This document shows, one piece after another, positions 1-9,119 of a stretch of DNA of 64,000 bases. The DNA is from an uncultured virus (IMG/VR IMGVR_UViG_3300008255_004085) (taxonomy: Duplodnaviria; Heunggongvirae; Uroviricota; Caudoviricetes): IMG/VR virus record IMGVR_UViG_3300008255_004085; one strand, written 5' to 3'. A program made the position numbers and the translations under genes. Under the pieces are notes generated by a model that worked only from the letters and a program-made list of their open reading frames with translations, made no database searches and had not been told where the DNA came from. Positions within the stretch are counted from its first letter, which is position 1, and every line of letters begins with the position of its first letter.

Positions 1-2232
1 ATCATATATAGCAAATTTTTTGTATTCTACTGAAGACTTAAAGTTATAAGATCTAACAAGTTTTCTAGCTTCTTTAAATGAAAGAAATTCTGTTTTATCT
101 TTTCCAAGATAATCATACCAATCTATCCAACCAGAATCTTTATAAACAATATGAGGATTTATTGGTAATCCTAATTCTTTTCCGTCATGTCTAGCAAATT
201 TTTTATATTCTATAATTGAATTAAAGCTATAAGATCTAACAAGTTTTCTAGCTTCTTTAAATGAAAGAAATTCTGTTTTATCTTTTCCAAGATAATCATA
301 CCAATCTATCCAACCAGAATCTTTATAAGTGCTTTGTGGATTTATTGGCAATCCTAAATCTTTCCCTTTATTTCTAATAAATTCTAGATATTTAGTTCTA
401 GAATTCAAGTTATAAGATCTAACAAGTTTTCTAGCTTCTTTAAATGAAAGGAAATCATTTCCATAAATCAATCTTCTTAATTGATTAAATGTTTGAATCC
501 CACAAAGTTGCGAGGTGTACCCTAGCAAAAACCCCAATGGATTTTCTTCAACCAAATCCAAATCAATTTGACTAACATCAATTCCTTTCAACTGAAGAGT
601 TCTTCTTTGCCAAGCCATCCAAATTTGACGGGCTATTTCTTCATGGAACTCTTCGATTTTGTTTTCTGTCAAAACAGAAGAAACAATTTGATTAAATTCC
701 TCTCTAAAACCAGCAATACCCCCAGGCTCTATAAATTCTTGATTCTCACCCATGAAAAAAATAGCTCTGTTGTAAATTTCTTGCTGAATTCTTGTGGCTT
801 CTGTTTCATCAGAGGTTTCTTCTAACAAATAATTAATTCTATTTTGCCTTTCTTCTCCATTGTTCTCTCCATTTCTTAAATTGATTGGGACAGGATTCAT
901 AATCTGTTCCAATGCCATCGAGGCAATAATTGCCTTCAAAAAATCATTCAAATCCTCTCTCAAAGCAACTCTGTTCAATTGGTCAAAAGAGAATTTCAAC
1001 AATTGAAAAGTTCTAACATATTCTTTCTGTGGGGCATCACGAAGAAGCCTTCCAACAATTTGAATAATTTCAGTTAAAGAATTTCGTTGCCCAATGATTA
1101 TCTCACGGTCTGCCCATCTCCAGTTAGCTCCTTCTTTGAACATCCCGAGGGTGATAATCACATCAATTTGGCTTTGATCGCTTTCGTGATCTTGTTCAAT
1201 CACAATTTTCTTTTCATCTCGAAGTTTTTCATCAACAAGGTTGACAACCCTAACCCATCCGTCCCCACGCTTCACACGCATAACTGGTTGATCAAAATCT
1301 TTGATTAAACAATTTTCTTCGCCAGAGATTGCTCTAAAAATAGCTTCAACATCATAGTTTTTTGAGCCAAGTGAATATCTTGAATTGACATAGGGGATAT
1401 AAACAATAGTTTTTCCAATGTCTTCAGAAAAAAGCTCCCTGATTGTTTCTTCATAATTTTCCTGATAAAGCAAAAAATCAAACTTAAAACCTTTGATGTA
1501 TTTGCATGTTGCAAGATATTTATCATAAGGAAGAAGAAACTTCTTAAATTCAGGCAAATATTTAAGAGGGACTATTGAATTCATATCCCCACGGAAGAAT
1601 GTTGCAGTTGCCAAACCTATTTTGATGTTTAAATCGGGGTTCACAAGGGCATGAGCAGCGACAGACCCAATTCCATTGGACATTTCTACATCAAGACCTA
1701 TGATTTCGCCATGTTTGATATGATGGGCTTCATCAATTACAATTCTAACATTTTGAAAAAGTTCTGGGGATTGTTTGAAAGCACGAACTAGGGTTGCATG
1801 TGAACAAATTGCAACTCTGTCTTGCCAAAAAGTTTTTGACTTTGGATTTTCTAGAAAACCGCACAGGTGTTGAATGCTACTTTCTGAAGATTCACAGCAA
1901 AGATCATGATTTGAAAACCAATCAAATCTTCTACCATTCGGGAATTCAATGTTAACCAATTTCTGAAAAGCAGAGGCAATAATTGTTTGTGGGACAGCGA
2001 TGATTGCTGTAAAATCTTTGTTTTTCTTTAATTCATAAGCAATAAGGCATTGGATTTCAAATGATTTTCCAGATCCCATCGGGCAATTTTGTAGCCAATG
2101 ACTAGCACTTTTTAATTCATTGAAACATTCTTCTTGCCATTCACGGAGTCGGAGATAATTATCTTTGGTAATTGTCGAACTTGTTTCTACTGGATTCCAA
2201 CCAAAAGAAAATGCAGGTTTACGCACATCCAT
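1..2232 (-). CDS. SF2 DEAH-box helicase with C-terminal ~61-aa repeats (integrase-repeat/helicase-associated-like); runs off the window edge
   Basis: Absent from the ORF track. Manual translation of segments from ATG 2232 (GGAGAG upstream) gives LREWQ, CPMGSGKS (Walker A), IVIDEAHH (motif II) and repeats YKDSGWIDWYDYLGKDKTEFLSFKEARKLVRSY. Confidence 0.85.
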   Translation of the reverse strand, partial: MDVRKPAFSFGWNPVETSSTITKDNYLRLREWQEECFNELKSASHWLQNCPMGSGKSFEIQCLIAYELKKNKDFTAIIAVPQTIIASAFQKLVNIEFPNGRRFDWFSNHDLCCESSESSIQHLCGFLENPKSKTFWQDRVAICSHATLVRAFKQSPELFQNVRIVIDEAHHIKHGEIIGLDVEMSNGIGSVAAHALVNPDLNIKIGLATATFFRGDMNSIVPLKYLPEFKKFLLPYDKYLATCKYIKGFKFDFLLYQENYEETIRELFSEDIGKTIVYIPYVNSRYSLGSKNYDVEAIFRAISGEENCLIKDFDQPVMRVKRGDGWVRVVNLVDEKLRDEKKIVIEQDHESDQSQIDVIITLGMFKEGANWRWADREIIIGQRNSLTEIIQIVGRLLRDAPQKEYVRTFQLLKFSFDQLNRVALREDLNDFLKAIIASMALEQIMNPVPINLRNGENNGEERQNRINYLLEETSDETEATRIQQEIYNRAIFFMGENQEFIEPGGIAGFREEFNQIVSSVLTENKIEEFHEEIARQIWMAWQRRTLQLKGIDVSQIDLDLVEENPLGFLLGYTSQLCGIQTFNQLRRLIYGNDFLSFKEARKLVRSYNLNSRTKYLEFIRNKGKDLGLPINPQSTYKDSGWIDWYDYLGKDKTEFLSFKEARKLVRSYSFNSIIEYKKFARHDGKELGLPINPHIVYKDSGWIDWYDYLGKDKTEFLSFKEARKLVRSYNFKSSVEYKKFAIYD
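44..455. repeat. 183-nt period coding repeat (at least 3 copies, partly near-identical)
   Basis: ataagatctaacaagttttctagcttctttaaatgaaag recurs at ~46, ~229 and ~412; the first two copies share ~100 identical nt. Confidence 0.9.
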
Positions 2233-2261
2233 CCGCTCTCTCCGCTTTTCCTTAATCACCG

Positions 2262-2299
2262 AACCAGCACTCAACCAGCACTCAACCAGCACTCAACCA
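2262..2299. repeat. 11-nt tandem repeat (aaccagcactc x3.5) upstream of the helicase
   Basis: Directly visible. Confidence 0.9.
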
Positions 2300-2400
2300 C
2301 GCCCGACAGAACAGTGACAGCGACACGGATAGTAACACCCACTCGGCCCAAGCAGGCACGGGGGGATCGCCTTGGAGGGCTTTTACAAAGAACACGGCTA

Positions 2401-2435
2401 GAAAGCCCTCCTGCTTTAGCGGAGGGGGTATGTCA
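2401..2435 (+). mobile_element. Possible orphan IS200/IS605-type right-end hairpin
   Basis: GAAAGCCCTCCTGCTTTAGCGGAGGGGGTATGTCA resembles GAAxCCCC..CTTTAG..GGGG...GTCA ends. No tnpA/tnpB nearby. Confidence 0.4.
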
Positions 2436-2436
2436 G

Positions 2437-3024
2437 TCAAGCATCAACTAAATTCTCGTCAAAATCTTCACTTGATTCCATTCTTCTTTCGCAAAGAGAA
2501 ATCCCACGATCAATTGATGACTCTAAATCTTCTGTTATAAACCCGATTAATTTATCTATATTTGTATTTAAATTATTATATTTAATATATCGTAGATAAT
2601 TCAAATATTTAAACGATAATCTTAAATCAACATATTCTGTAATATTCCCATCCATATCTAAAATTGAAATAGAAGGACTAGTATAATAATAATTATCAAA
2701 ATAAAAATCTCCATTAGAAAACTTACCAACACCACCTTTTAACCTAACATTTAAGTTTTTTATTTGGAGACAGAAATCAAAAGAATCTGTTTTTAGTTCA
2801 TTAAATTCAAGAGAAGCTTTTTTATAAATCCACTCTGGATTTGTTATTTCAAAATTATTATCAGCACAATAAAATTCTAAAAGACGATGAATAAGAAAAG
2901 ATTTTTCTCTTTTAAACATTTTTTTCCAAAAATATTCAAAAAACCACATAATTTTTATTCCAATTGGAATATCTCTGGATTTAATTTCTTTTTTTATTCT
3001 TGATGTTAGGATTTTTACTGACAT
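2437..3024 (-). CDS. hypothetical protein
   Basis: 195-aa ORF with GGAAGAG upstream. Confidence 0.7.
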   Translation of the reverse strand: MSVKILTSRIKKEIKSRDIPIGIKIMWFFEYFWKKMFKREKSFLIHRLLEFYCADNNFEITNPEWIYKKASLEFNELKTDSFDFCLQIKNLNVRLKGGVGKFSNGDFYFDNYYYTSPSISILDMDGNITEYVDLRLSFKYLNYLRYIKYNNLNTNIDKLIGFITEDLESSIDRGISLCERRMESSEDFDENLVDA

Positions 3025-3082
3025 AACTCTTCCATTCTTCTGAAATGCGTTGCTCTCACAGCCCTGTCATCATACCAGATTC

Positions 3083-3128
3083 ACAACATGGCCACGCAAA
3101 GGAAAAATTGCGTGGCCATGTTGTTTTT
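3083..3128. terminator. 17-bp perfect inverted repeat, probable terminator
   Basis: acaacatggccacgcaa-N8-ttgcgtggccatgttgt, just downstream of the 3146..4006 stop. Confidence 0.7.
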
Positions 3129-3145
3129 GTTCAAATTAATCAGAG

Positions 3146-4006
3146 TTACATTCTGATAGGATGATGATTTGTTGCTTTTGTGTGAAATTTTCTATCTAGA
3201 TAGCTTCGAACAACATTTGATTGAAGATTTAGCCCAACAGAATCCAAAAACTCTAGGACTGATTGCATATTCCCTCTTCTGGAATAAATCTCATTAACTG
3301 CGGAGGCCCATGGAGAATTTTCTATTGGACAATTTGGATCTGTTTCAAATTGATTTAAACCAAATTCTTCTTCAAAAATTTCTTTTCTTTTTTCTGTTTT
3401 ATCTCGCTTTTCAGCATTTCTAATTTCTCTTTGTCTTTCAAGGTCTAGACGTTCTTTTTCAATAGCCTTTTGTTTTTTAACAATATCTCTAAATTCTTTT
3501 TCGTAAGGGTCTTCTTCAACTTCTTCAACTTCTTCAACTTCTTCAACCAACTCTTCACCAAACTCTTCTTCTAAAACAACTTCTACTTGCCAATTGGTTG
3601 TTTGTATTTTTGAATTTAATTCTCTAGCGTCTTTTGCATTTCCATCTCTGAATTTTGTCAAAACATCTACGCTAATAGCTATTGAATCATTTTTTGAGTT
3701 CAATGCTTTAGTAAGCATTTCATCATACATTTTAGATGTTCCAATTAAGATATCTCTCAATGCTACTGCCTCTGACATTGTATAATTTGTTCCTTTAACC
3801 TTTGTGAGAGAATTTGTTTGACAAATTGCTCTAGTTAAAACGACAAGTTTATTTGCTAATGAGTTATATTCATCAACAAGAAGTTCTGATTTTCTTCTTG
3901 AATCTAGGACTGATGAAGAGACAACAATTGATGATAATTCAGATTGAATACTTCTAATTCTATCTTTAGTATTTTTCTTTTCAGATAACAATTCGGCTAA
4001 TTTCAT
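3146..4006 (-). CDS. DIP1984-like coiled-coil protein with acidic C-terminal extension
   Basis: MKLAELL...RI, AICQTN, SEAVALRD and IQTTNW match the DIP1984 family pattern; EEV repeats follow. Confidence 0.6.
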   Translation of the reverse strand: MKLAELLSEKKNTKDRIRSIQSELSSIVVSSSVLDSRRKSELLVDEYNSLANKLVVLTRAICQTNSLTKVKGTNYTMSEAVALRDILIGTSKMYDEMLTKALNSKNDSIAISVDVLTKFRDGNAKDARELNSKIQTTNWQVEVVLEEEFGEELVEEVEEVEEVEEDPYEKEFRDIVKKQKAIEKERLDLERQREIRNAEKRDKTEKRKEIFEEEFGLNQFETDPNCPIENSPWASAVNEIYSRRGNMQSVLEFLDSVGLNLQSNVVRSYLDRKFHTKATNHHPIRM

Positions 4007-4017
4007 TTTTATCTCCT

Positions 4018-4128
4018 AGACCTATGATTGAAAAGTGGTACTATATGACTAATGGACTTCTTCTAACAAAAAGCCAACGACCTATTGGCTTATGAATTCT
4101 AAACAAAATTCATCTCAATCATAGGCTA
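4018..4128 (-). promoter_or_regulatory. Structured 5' leader (multi-stem, attenuator-like) of the DIP1984-like gene
   Basis: TATAAT at 4139-4134; outer stem 4126-4115 with 4031-4020; two internal hairpins; G-U pairs are valid only on the minus strand. Confidence 0.55.
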
Positions 4129-4152
4129 AACAGATTATACATACAAATAAGG

Positions 4153-4677
4153 TTAATTGAACAAATTCTTGTATTTATTTTTTAGATAATTGCCATATCC
4201 TTCGTAGGGTTTATTTTCTTTTGTGGTTTTTTCTTGAGGATCTTCGATTTTTTCTTTTGCTCTTTCGCTCAACTCTTTTTGAATGAACTTGGGCATATTT
4301 TTAGTGTAACAATTAATACATAAATACATTTTTAGAACTGCCCATTCCGCTGCATTTTTGGGTTTTAATTTACTTATTGTTCCTTCATCACAAGCTTTAT
4401 CAATTTTGTTTTTGTTAAGATAACAATGCTGCCCCGTAGGTGCGGTCAAATGCTCTGCTCCAAGGTAATATGTGTCGCCACAGTTGCGACATAAACATCT
4501 TACCCTAACTTTGGCGACAGTATATTTTTTAGAAGATTTAGAAAATGGACTTGTTTTTTCATAATGACCAGAATGTTCTGGATTATCACCAAAATACTCT
4601 TCTTCTTTCCTCGCACTTTCTAAGTAAGGATTACCAAAATTATGAACTTTTCCCATAATAAAACTCCAATTTATCAT
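4153..4677 (-). CDS. Cys-rich putative Zn-binding protein
   Basis: CRNC and CINC pairs. Confidence 0.6.
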   Translation of the reverse strand: MINWSFIMGKVHNFGNPYLESARKEEEYFGDNPEHSGHYEKTSPFSKSSKKYTVAKVRVRCLCRNCGDTYYLGAEHLTAPTGQHCYLNKNKIDKACDEGTISKLKPKNAAEWAVLKMYLCINCYTKNMPKFIQKELSERAKEKIEDPQEKTTKENKPYEGYGNYLKNKYKNLFN

Positions 4678-5080
4678 AAATTAATGATTTAATTAAATTA
4701 ACCAATGATTTCACATCAGAAATTATAATTTTTGAATTAATTGGAAGCTCATTGACAACCTCTAACTCAAAGACATCTAACCCAATTTCTTTTTGATTTA
4801 TTTTAATAAATCTATAATTTAAATTATCATTTAATGATTTTAAACCAGGAGAAATAGAAAAAGTTGTTTTCCCCCATTTCTGAATGTGTTTTTCATTAAT
4901 ATTGATATACACAACAAAATCTGGTTTTTTATCAATTTTAGGGAAAATATTGCCATTTTTTAAAATTTCTAAAAACTCAACTTCAAATTCTAATTTTTTA
5001 AAAGCCATTGAAAGAGAATCGTTCAATTTTTTATTATAATTCCCAAATTCAGTATCTTTTGAATGAATTAAATAAATCAT
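4640..5080 (-). CDS. hypothetical protein
   Basis: 146-aa ORF with ATGA overlap to the upstream gene. Confidence 0.65.
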   Translation of the reverse strand: MIYLIHSKDTEFGNYNKKLNDSLSMAFKKLEFEVEFLEILKNGNIFPKIDKKPDFVVYININEKHIQKWGKTTFSISPGLKSLNDNLNYRFIKINQKEIGLDVFELEVVNELPINSKIIISDVKSLVNLIKSLIYDKLEFYYGKSS

Positions 5081-5628
5081 GCGTTGTGTTTATATCCAAT
5101 AGCTAGGTTGATACATTTTGTCGCATCCCAAAGACTATCAACAAAAATTGGCATTGGGTCTAGAGAAAGAAGTCTATTCCTTTCATTTATATCTAATGAT
5201 TTTACACTTGTTTTAGTTATAAAGATTTCATTAAATCCCATTTTCCTTGCGATTACTGCATCGTCGTAACAAGACCCAATCAAGAAACTCCTTTCAAAAT
5301 CAATAGAAATAGATTCTTTTATTTCTTGAAATAAATTTGAATATGTTTTTTTTGTAGAACAATAAAAAGTTGGTGCATAAATGCCTAATTTTCTTTGAAA
5401 TTCTTTTTCTAAATTTTCTTCTCTTTCATGATATCTTTCAGATCTATTTATAATAATAACTTGGAAATTTTCAGAAAGGCTTGCAATGCAAGGTTTAGAA
5501 AATCCATAGATAATTATATCTTTAATTTTTTCAACAAATTCTAGTGAATCATCTACGAGGACACCATCTTTAACAATAAAAACACAATCTTTGATATCGT
5601 TAATTCCGATTTCAAGATATTTATTCAT
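5077..5628 (-). CDS. Degenerate HAD IIIA (GmhB-like) phosphatase homolog
   Basis: CVFIVKDGVL aligns with FLDRDGVI; IDFERSFLIGS..DD..A.KMG aligns with IDLxxSxMIGD..D..AG. Catalytic Asp residues are substituted. Confidence 0.5.
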   Translation of the reverse strand: MNKYLEIGINDIKDCVFIVKDGVLVDDSLEFVEKIKDIIIYGFSKPCIASLSENFQVIIINRSERYHEREENLEKEFQRKLGIYAPTFYCSTKKTYSNLFQEIKESISIDFERSFLIGSCYDDAVIARKMGFNEIFITKTSVKSLDINERNRLLSLDPMPIFVDSLWDATKCINLAIGYKHNA

Positions 5629-5646
5629 TTATTTCTCCATTCAGAT

Positions 5647-5922
5647 CTAAAAATAAACTTTTGTTAAATCTACATCTAAATTATTTTTAACCAGACTAAC
5701 TTTAGAAGAAGAATTTAAAGAATTCCATGAAATCTTTACTAATTTCCATCCTTCTTTTTCACATTCTTTTTTTATAAAATCAAAGTTTTTATCTATTTGT
5801 TCTCTTCCAGATTTTATATCAACGAAAAATTCAAATTCACAGCAATTAACATCATTGCTTTCACTCAATTCTAATAATGGTTTTAATCCCTTTTCAAATG
5901 TTGAATTTATTAAAATTTTCAT
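5647..5922 (-). CDS. hypothetical protein
   Basis: 91-aa ORF with AGGAG RBS. Confidence 0.65.
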   Translation of the reverse strand: MKILINSTFEKGLKPLLELSESNDVNCCEFEFFVDIKSGREQIDKNFDFIKKECEKEGWKLVKISWNSLNSSSKVSLVKNNLDVDLTKVYF

Positions 5923-5944
5923 TTTTTTCTCCTATCCCTAAAAA

Positions 5945-6301
5945 TGGACAATGGGGGAATCGAACCCCCGTCCAAAAATCTCTTAAAATAAGGCTACTAC
6001 ATATTTAGTTTGTTATTTTTTAATTATTTTAAAAGCACAACAAACAAAACTTTTAAATAATAATCTTTTTAATTGTCAGTTATTATTTTTGTAAGATTAA
6101 ACTAGAACAATACTTATTCTCTATATGAACATTTTTAAGATCGAGAAATTCATTAAAAATGTCTTGTTGCTTATCTATGCAGCAAGTGGAAGTTCTATGT
6201 CTTCGTGTTTTGTTTTTTTGATATCTGTTTAACGTCGCCTATATCAACGACGATATGCTCCTAAATTTTCAGATAATTCCTGTCGAAACCTTTTATTGCC
6301 C
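5945..6301 (-). ncRNA. ssrA: tmRNA (no encoded CCA)
   Basis: 5' GGGCAAT...GGTTTCGAC; 3' GGGGGTTCGATTCCCCC ATTGTCC-A; acceptor stem has G3-U; internal tag frame ...TKHEDIELPLAA* (6213-6175). Confidence 0.93.
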
Positions 6302-6325
6302 TTTGCTCAACATTTCCCAACATTA

Positions 6326-6742
6326 TTATATAACATTTGTCTTTTTTTCAGGTAAATAGATGTTGATGCAACCACTCTTATTTATTGGAGATTTAATCAT
6401 TAAAATTTTAATTTTATTAATCTCCAATGACGCATTATAAAAATAGAATGGGATATTGTTAAATATTCCCCAATGTCCCATTCTTAAACTATCAATATCT
6501 TTTGATATTTTAAAATCTTCTAAACTAGATAAAACTTTAAAAATTCTTTTATCAGAGATAATACAATTTGGTCTAAATTCTTTTATTTCTTCAAAGATTA
6601 TAGAAGGATTGAAATTATCAAACATTTTAAATGAATTAATTACTGTGAAAGCATCGTAATTAGACATTGCTATCTTTTTTACAACCTTATCTTTTTCTAT
6701 ATACTTTTGATCTTTTTTTATTAAATTGTTAAATCTATTCAT
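6326..6742 (-). CDS. hypothetical protein
   Basis: 138-aa ORF abutting the upstream gene. Confidence 0.6.
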   Translation of the reverse strand: MNRFNNLIKKDQKYIEKDKVVKKIAMSNYDAFTVINSFKMFDNFNPSIIFEEIKEFRPNCIISDKRIFKVLSSLEDFKISKDIDSLRMGHWGIFNNIPFYFYNASLEINKIKILMIKSPINKSGCINIYLPEKKTNVI

Positions 6743-7234
6743 TTATCTTCCAATAGCTTCTATAGCTTTAATTATAGATTCTGGGATCACAGTGGGAACT
6801 GGTAAAACACCTAAAGATATAAACAAGCTTATTAATGTTAAGAATCCTATGACTGTATAAACAGAAGCAACTGATTTTTTTATAAAATCTTTAATCCAAT
6901 TAATATCTTTTTTCATTTCTGAAGTTGAAGTTTCTAAAGAATCAACCTTTTTATAAAGATTCCTAATATCATCAGGAATGGATTCTATTTCACATAACTC
7001 TACCAACTTGTCATCAACTCCGTCAAGTTCTTGTTTTAAAAGCTCTATTTTTATAATTATTTCATTGATTTTATCTTTTTCTTCTTTAATTATATCAGAT
7101 TTCATTTCATTGATTTTATCATTAAATGAAATAATTAATTTTTGAACTTGATCATATGTTTTTAGTAAAACATTTATTTTTTGATCGAGATTTTGGGTAT
7201 TATTTTCTTCTTTTAACTCCAATTCATCTGACAT
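6743..7234 (-). CDS. coiled-coil protein with C-terminal transmembrane segment
   Basis: Heptad-rich body, then VYTVIGFLTLISLFISLGVL. Confidence 0.7.
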   Translation of the reverse strand: MSDELELKEENNTQNLDQKINVLLKTYDQVQKLIISFNDKINEMKSDIIKEEKDKINEIIIKIELLKQELDGVDDKLVELCEIESIPDDIRNLYKKVDSLETSTSEMKKDINWIKDFIKKSVASVYTVIGFLTLISLFISLGVLPVPTVIPESIIKAIEAIGR

Positions 7235-7272
7235 AATTAATCCTTCGCAAATATAAATTAGAAATTAGAAAA

Positions 7273-8559
7273 TTATTTTCCCAATCTTTCTTCTATATAT
7301 TCGCAAGGAATAGCTAAATCCCCTTTATAATCACCAACATTGTCATAATAAAGTTCCATTAAAAAATTATCTAAAATATTTTTTAGACTTCTAGCTCCAG
7401 TTGAGCTTGTAATAGCTTTATCACAAATCAAATCAATAGCTCTTTCATCAATAGAAATATTAATTTCTGCAAGCTCAAACATTTTTTGATATTGTTTATA
7501 TAAAGAGTTTTTTGTGTTCATCAAAATATTAATCATATCATCTTTTGTTAAACTTCTAAATGGTACAATAATAGAAAATCTTCCTATTATTTCTGGTATA
7601 AATCCATATGAAATTAAATCATCACTTGAGATACTATTTAAAAGCTCATCTCTTTCTTGTTTTATTGTTTTTTCGTTATAATTGCTTTGATTTCTAAACC
7701 CAATGGATGGCTGAAGATTTATTCTTTTACTAATTATGTTTTCTATTTTTGGAAAAACTCCAGCAGCAATGAACAGGACATTTGATGTATTTATTTTAAT
7801 TGTGTCAATCATTGGATGTTTTCTTTTTCCAGATTGAATAGGTTGCACATAGACATCAGAGCCTTCAACAATTTTTAGTAATGCTTGTTGCACACCTTCT
7901 CCTGAAACATCTCTTGTTATTGAGGGATTATCACCAGTTTTTTTGGTTATTTTATCAAATTCGTCAAGAAAACAAATACCACTTTCTGCAAGGGGGGCAT
8001 CATTTTTTGCTTCTGCGAGTAAATATGAGATTATTGTATCTACATCATCACCGACGTATCCAGCTTCTGTAATACTTGTGCAATCCCCTATTGCAAATGG
8101 GACCTGAATTATCTTAGAGATAGTAGAAGCAATATAACTTTTTCCGACACCACTATCACCAACAAAAATTATATTACTCTTTTGATATGAACTATCTTTT
8201 TGTTTTTTTGCAATATAAGAATAATGCTTATGTAAAGCCACAGAAATAACTTTTTTAGCCATTTCTTGACCAATTATATAATCAGAGAGTTTTATAAAAA
8301 GATCTTTTGGTTTAATGATGCTAATATCTGAAAATTTATTTTTATTTAGGTTGCTCTTTTCATTTTTATCCACATCTTCTAGTTTTTTGTAATAGACTTG
8401 ACGAATTGCATCTTCAACTATTGATGCGCTTTTTTGGAAAAGTTCAGCGAAATCTTTATTAACAACAACTATTTTATCATAGACTTTAACCGCTTGTGCT
8501 TGAGATGCTTTGATCTTTTCCCCTGTTAATTCACACACAAAATCCATATTCTTATCCAT
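7273..8559 (-). CDS. clpX: ClpX AAA+ unfoldase
   Basis: GDSGVGKS, TEAGYVGDDV, FLDEFDKI, ITRDVSGEGVQQALLK, IGF loop and GARSL. The N-terminal Zn finger is degenerate. Confidence 0.95.
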   Translation of the reverse strand: MDKNMDFVCELTGEKIKASQAQAVKVYDKIVVVNKDFAELFQKSASIVEDAIRQVYYKKLEDVDKNEKSNLNKNKFSDISIIKPKDLFIKLSDYIIGQEMAKKVISVALHKHYSYIAKKQKDSSYQKSNIIFVGDSGVGKSYIASTISKIIQVPFAIGDCTSITEAGYVGDDVDTIISYLLAEAKNDAPLAESGICFLDEFDKITKKTGDNPSITRDVSGEGVQQALLKIVEGSDVYVQPIQSGKRKHPMIDTIKINTSNVLFIAAGVFPKIENIISKRINLQPSIGFRNQSNYNEKTIKQERDELLNSISSDDLISYGFIPEIIGRFSIIVPFRSLTKDDMINILMNTKNSLYKQYQKMFELAEINISIDERAIDLICDKAITSSTGARSLKNILDNFLMELYYDNVGDYKGDLAIPCEYIEERLGK

Positions 8560-8578
8560 AAATTATCCTTCTGACTTT

Positions 8579-9088
8579 CTAAATCACATCCCCTGCTTCG
8601 AATTTCTTTCTTTCAGATAATAACCAATTAATTCTATCTGTTCTTTTTGGATTGTTTTTTAACACTTTTTCTCTAATAGCATCACTTGATGGCATAACTA
8701 AACACTTATCGCAAATATAAAGACCCTCACCATCTTCTAAATCTGGTGGTGGCAATTGTGGAATTTGTTTCATTTTTTCAAAATTCATTCCCATAATTTC
8801 AGCATTAGCTAAATACATACCAATCTTTTTCCCACAAAAATCGCAACATACCTCTAAAACTGGAACTGATTGCAAAAACAATGGTTTATATGGACAATTT
8901 TTATCCTTAAAAGGATTTGCATACCTTGGATCATACTCACATGCATTAATATAAAATTCAGAACTATCCCAAAATAATTTCGCTTTTTCTTCGTCAACTT
9001 TATATTCAGATTCTTTCCATTTATCACAAGAACTGCAAGGCCAAATTAAATTATTTGGCCTATTCGAAATCTTTTTATTTTTATTCAT
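8579..9088 (-). CDS. Cys-rich hypothetical protein
   Basis: CSSC, CDFC and CDKC. Confidence 0.65.
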   Translation of the reverse strand: MNKNKKISNRPNNLIWPCSSCDKWKESEYKVDEEKAKLFWDSSEFYINACEYDPRYANPFKDKNCPYKPLFLQSVPVLEVCCDFCGKKIGMYLANAEIMGMNFEKMKQIPQLPPPDLEDGEGLYICDKCLVMPSSDAIREKVLKNNPKRTDRINWLLSERKKFEAGDVI

Positions 9089-9119
9089 GATTAACTTCCT
9101 GGTTGTTCCCTACGCAAAA

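Noticed and set aside
568..2451. Short ORFs 568..825, 1087..1308, 1305..1526 and 2134..2451
   Set aside because: They overlap the long minus-strand helicase frame.
5945..5975. Standalone tRNA
   Set aside because: The T-arm and acceptor belong to the tmRNA; there is no anticodon arm.
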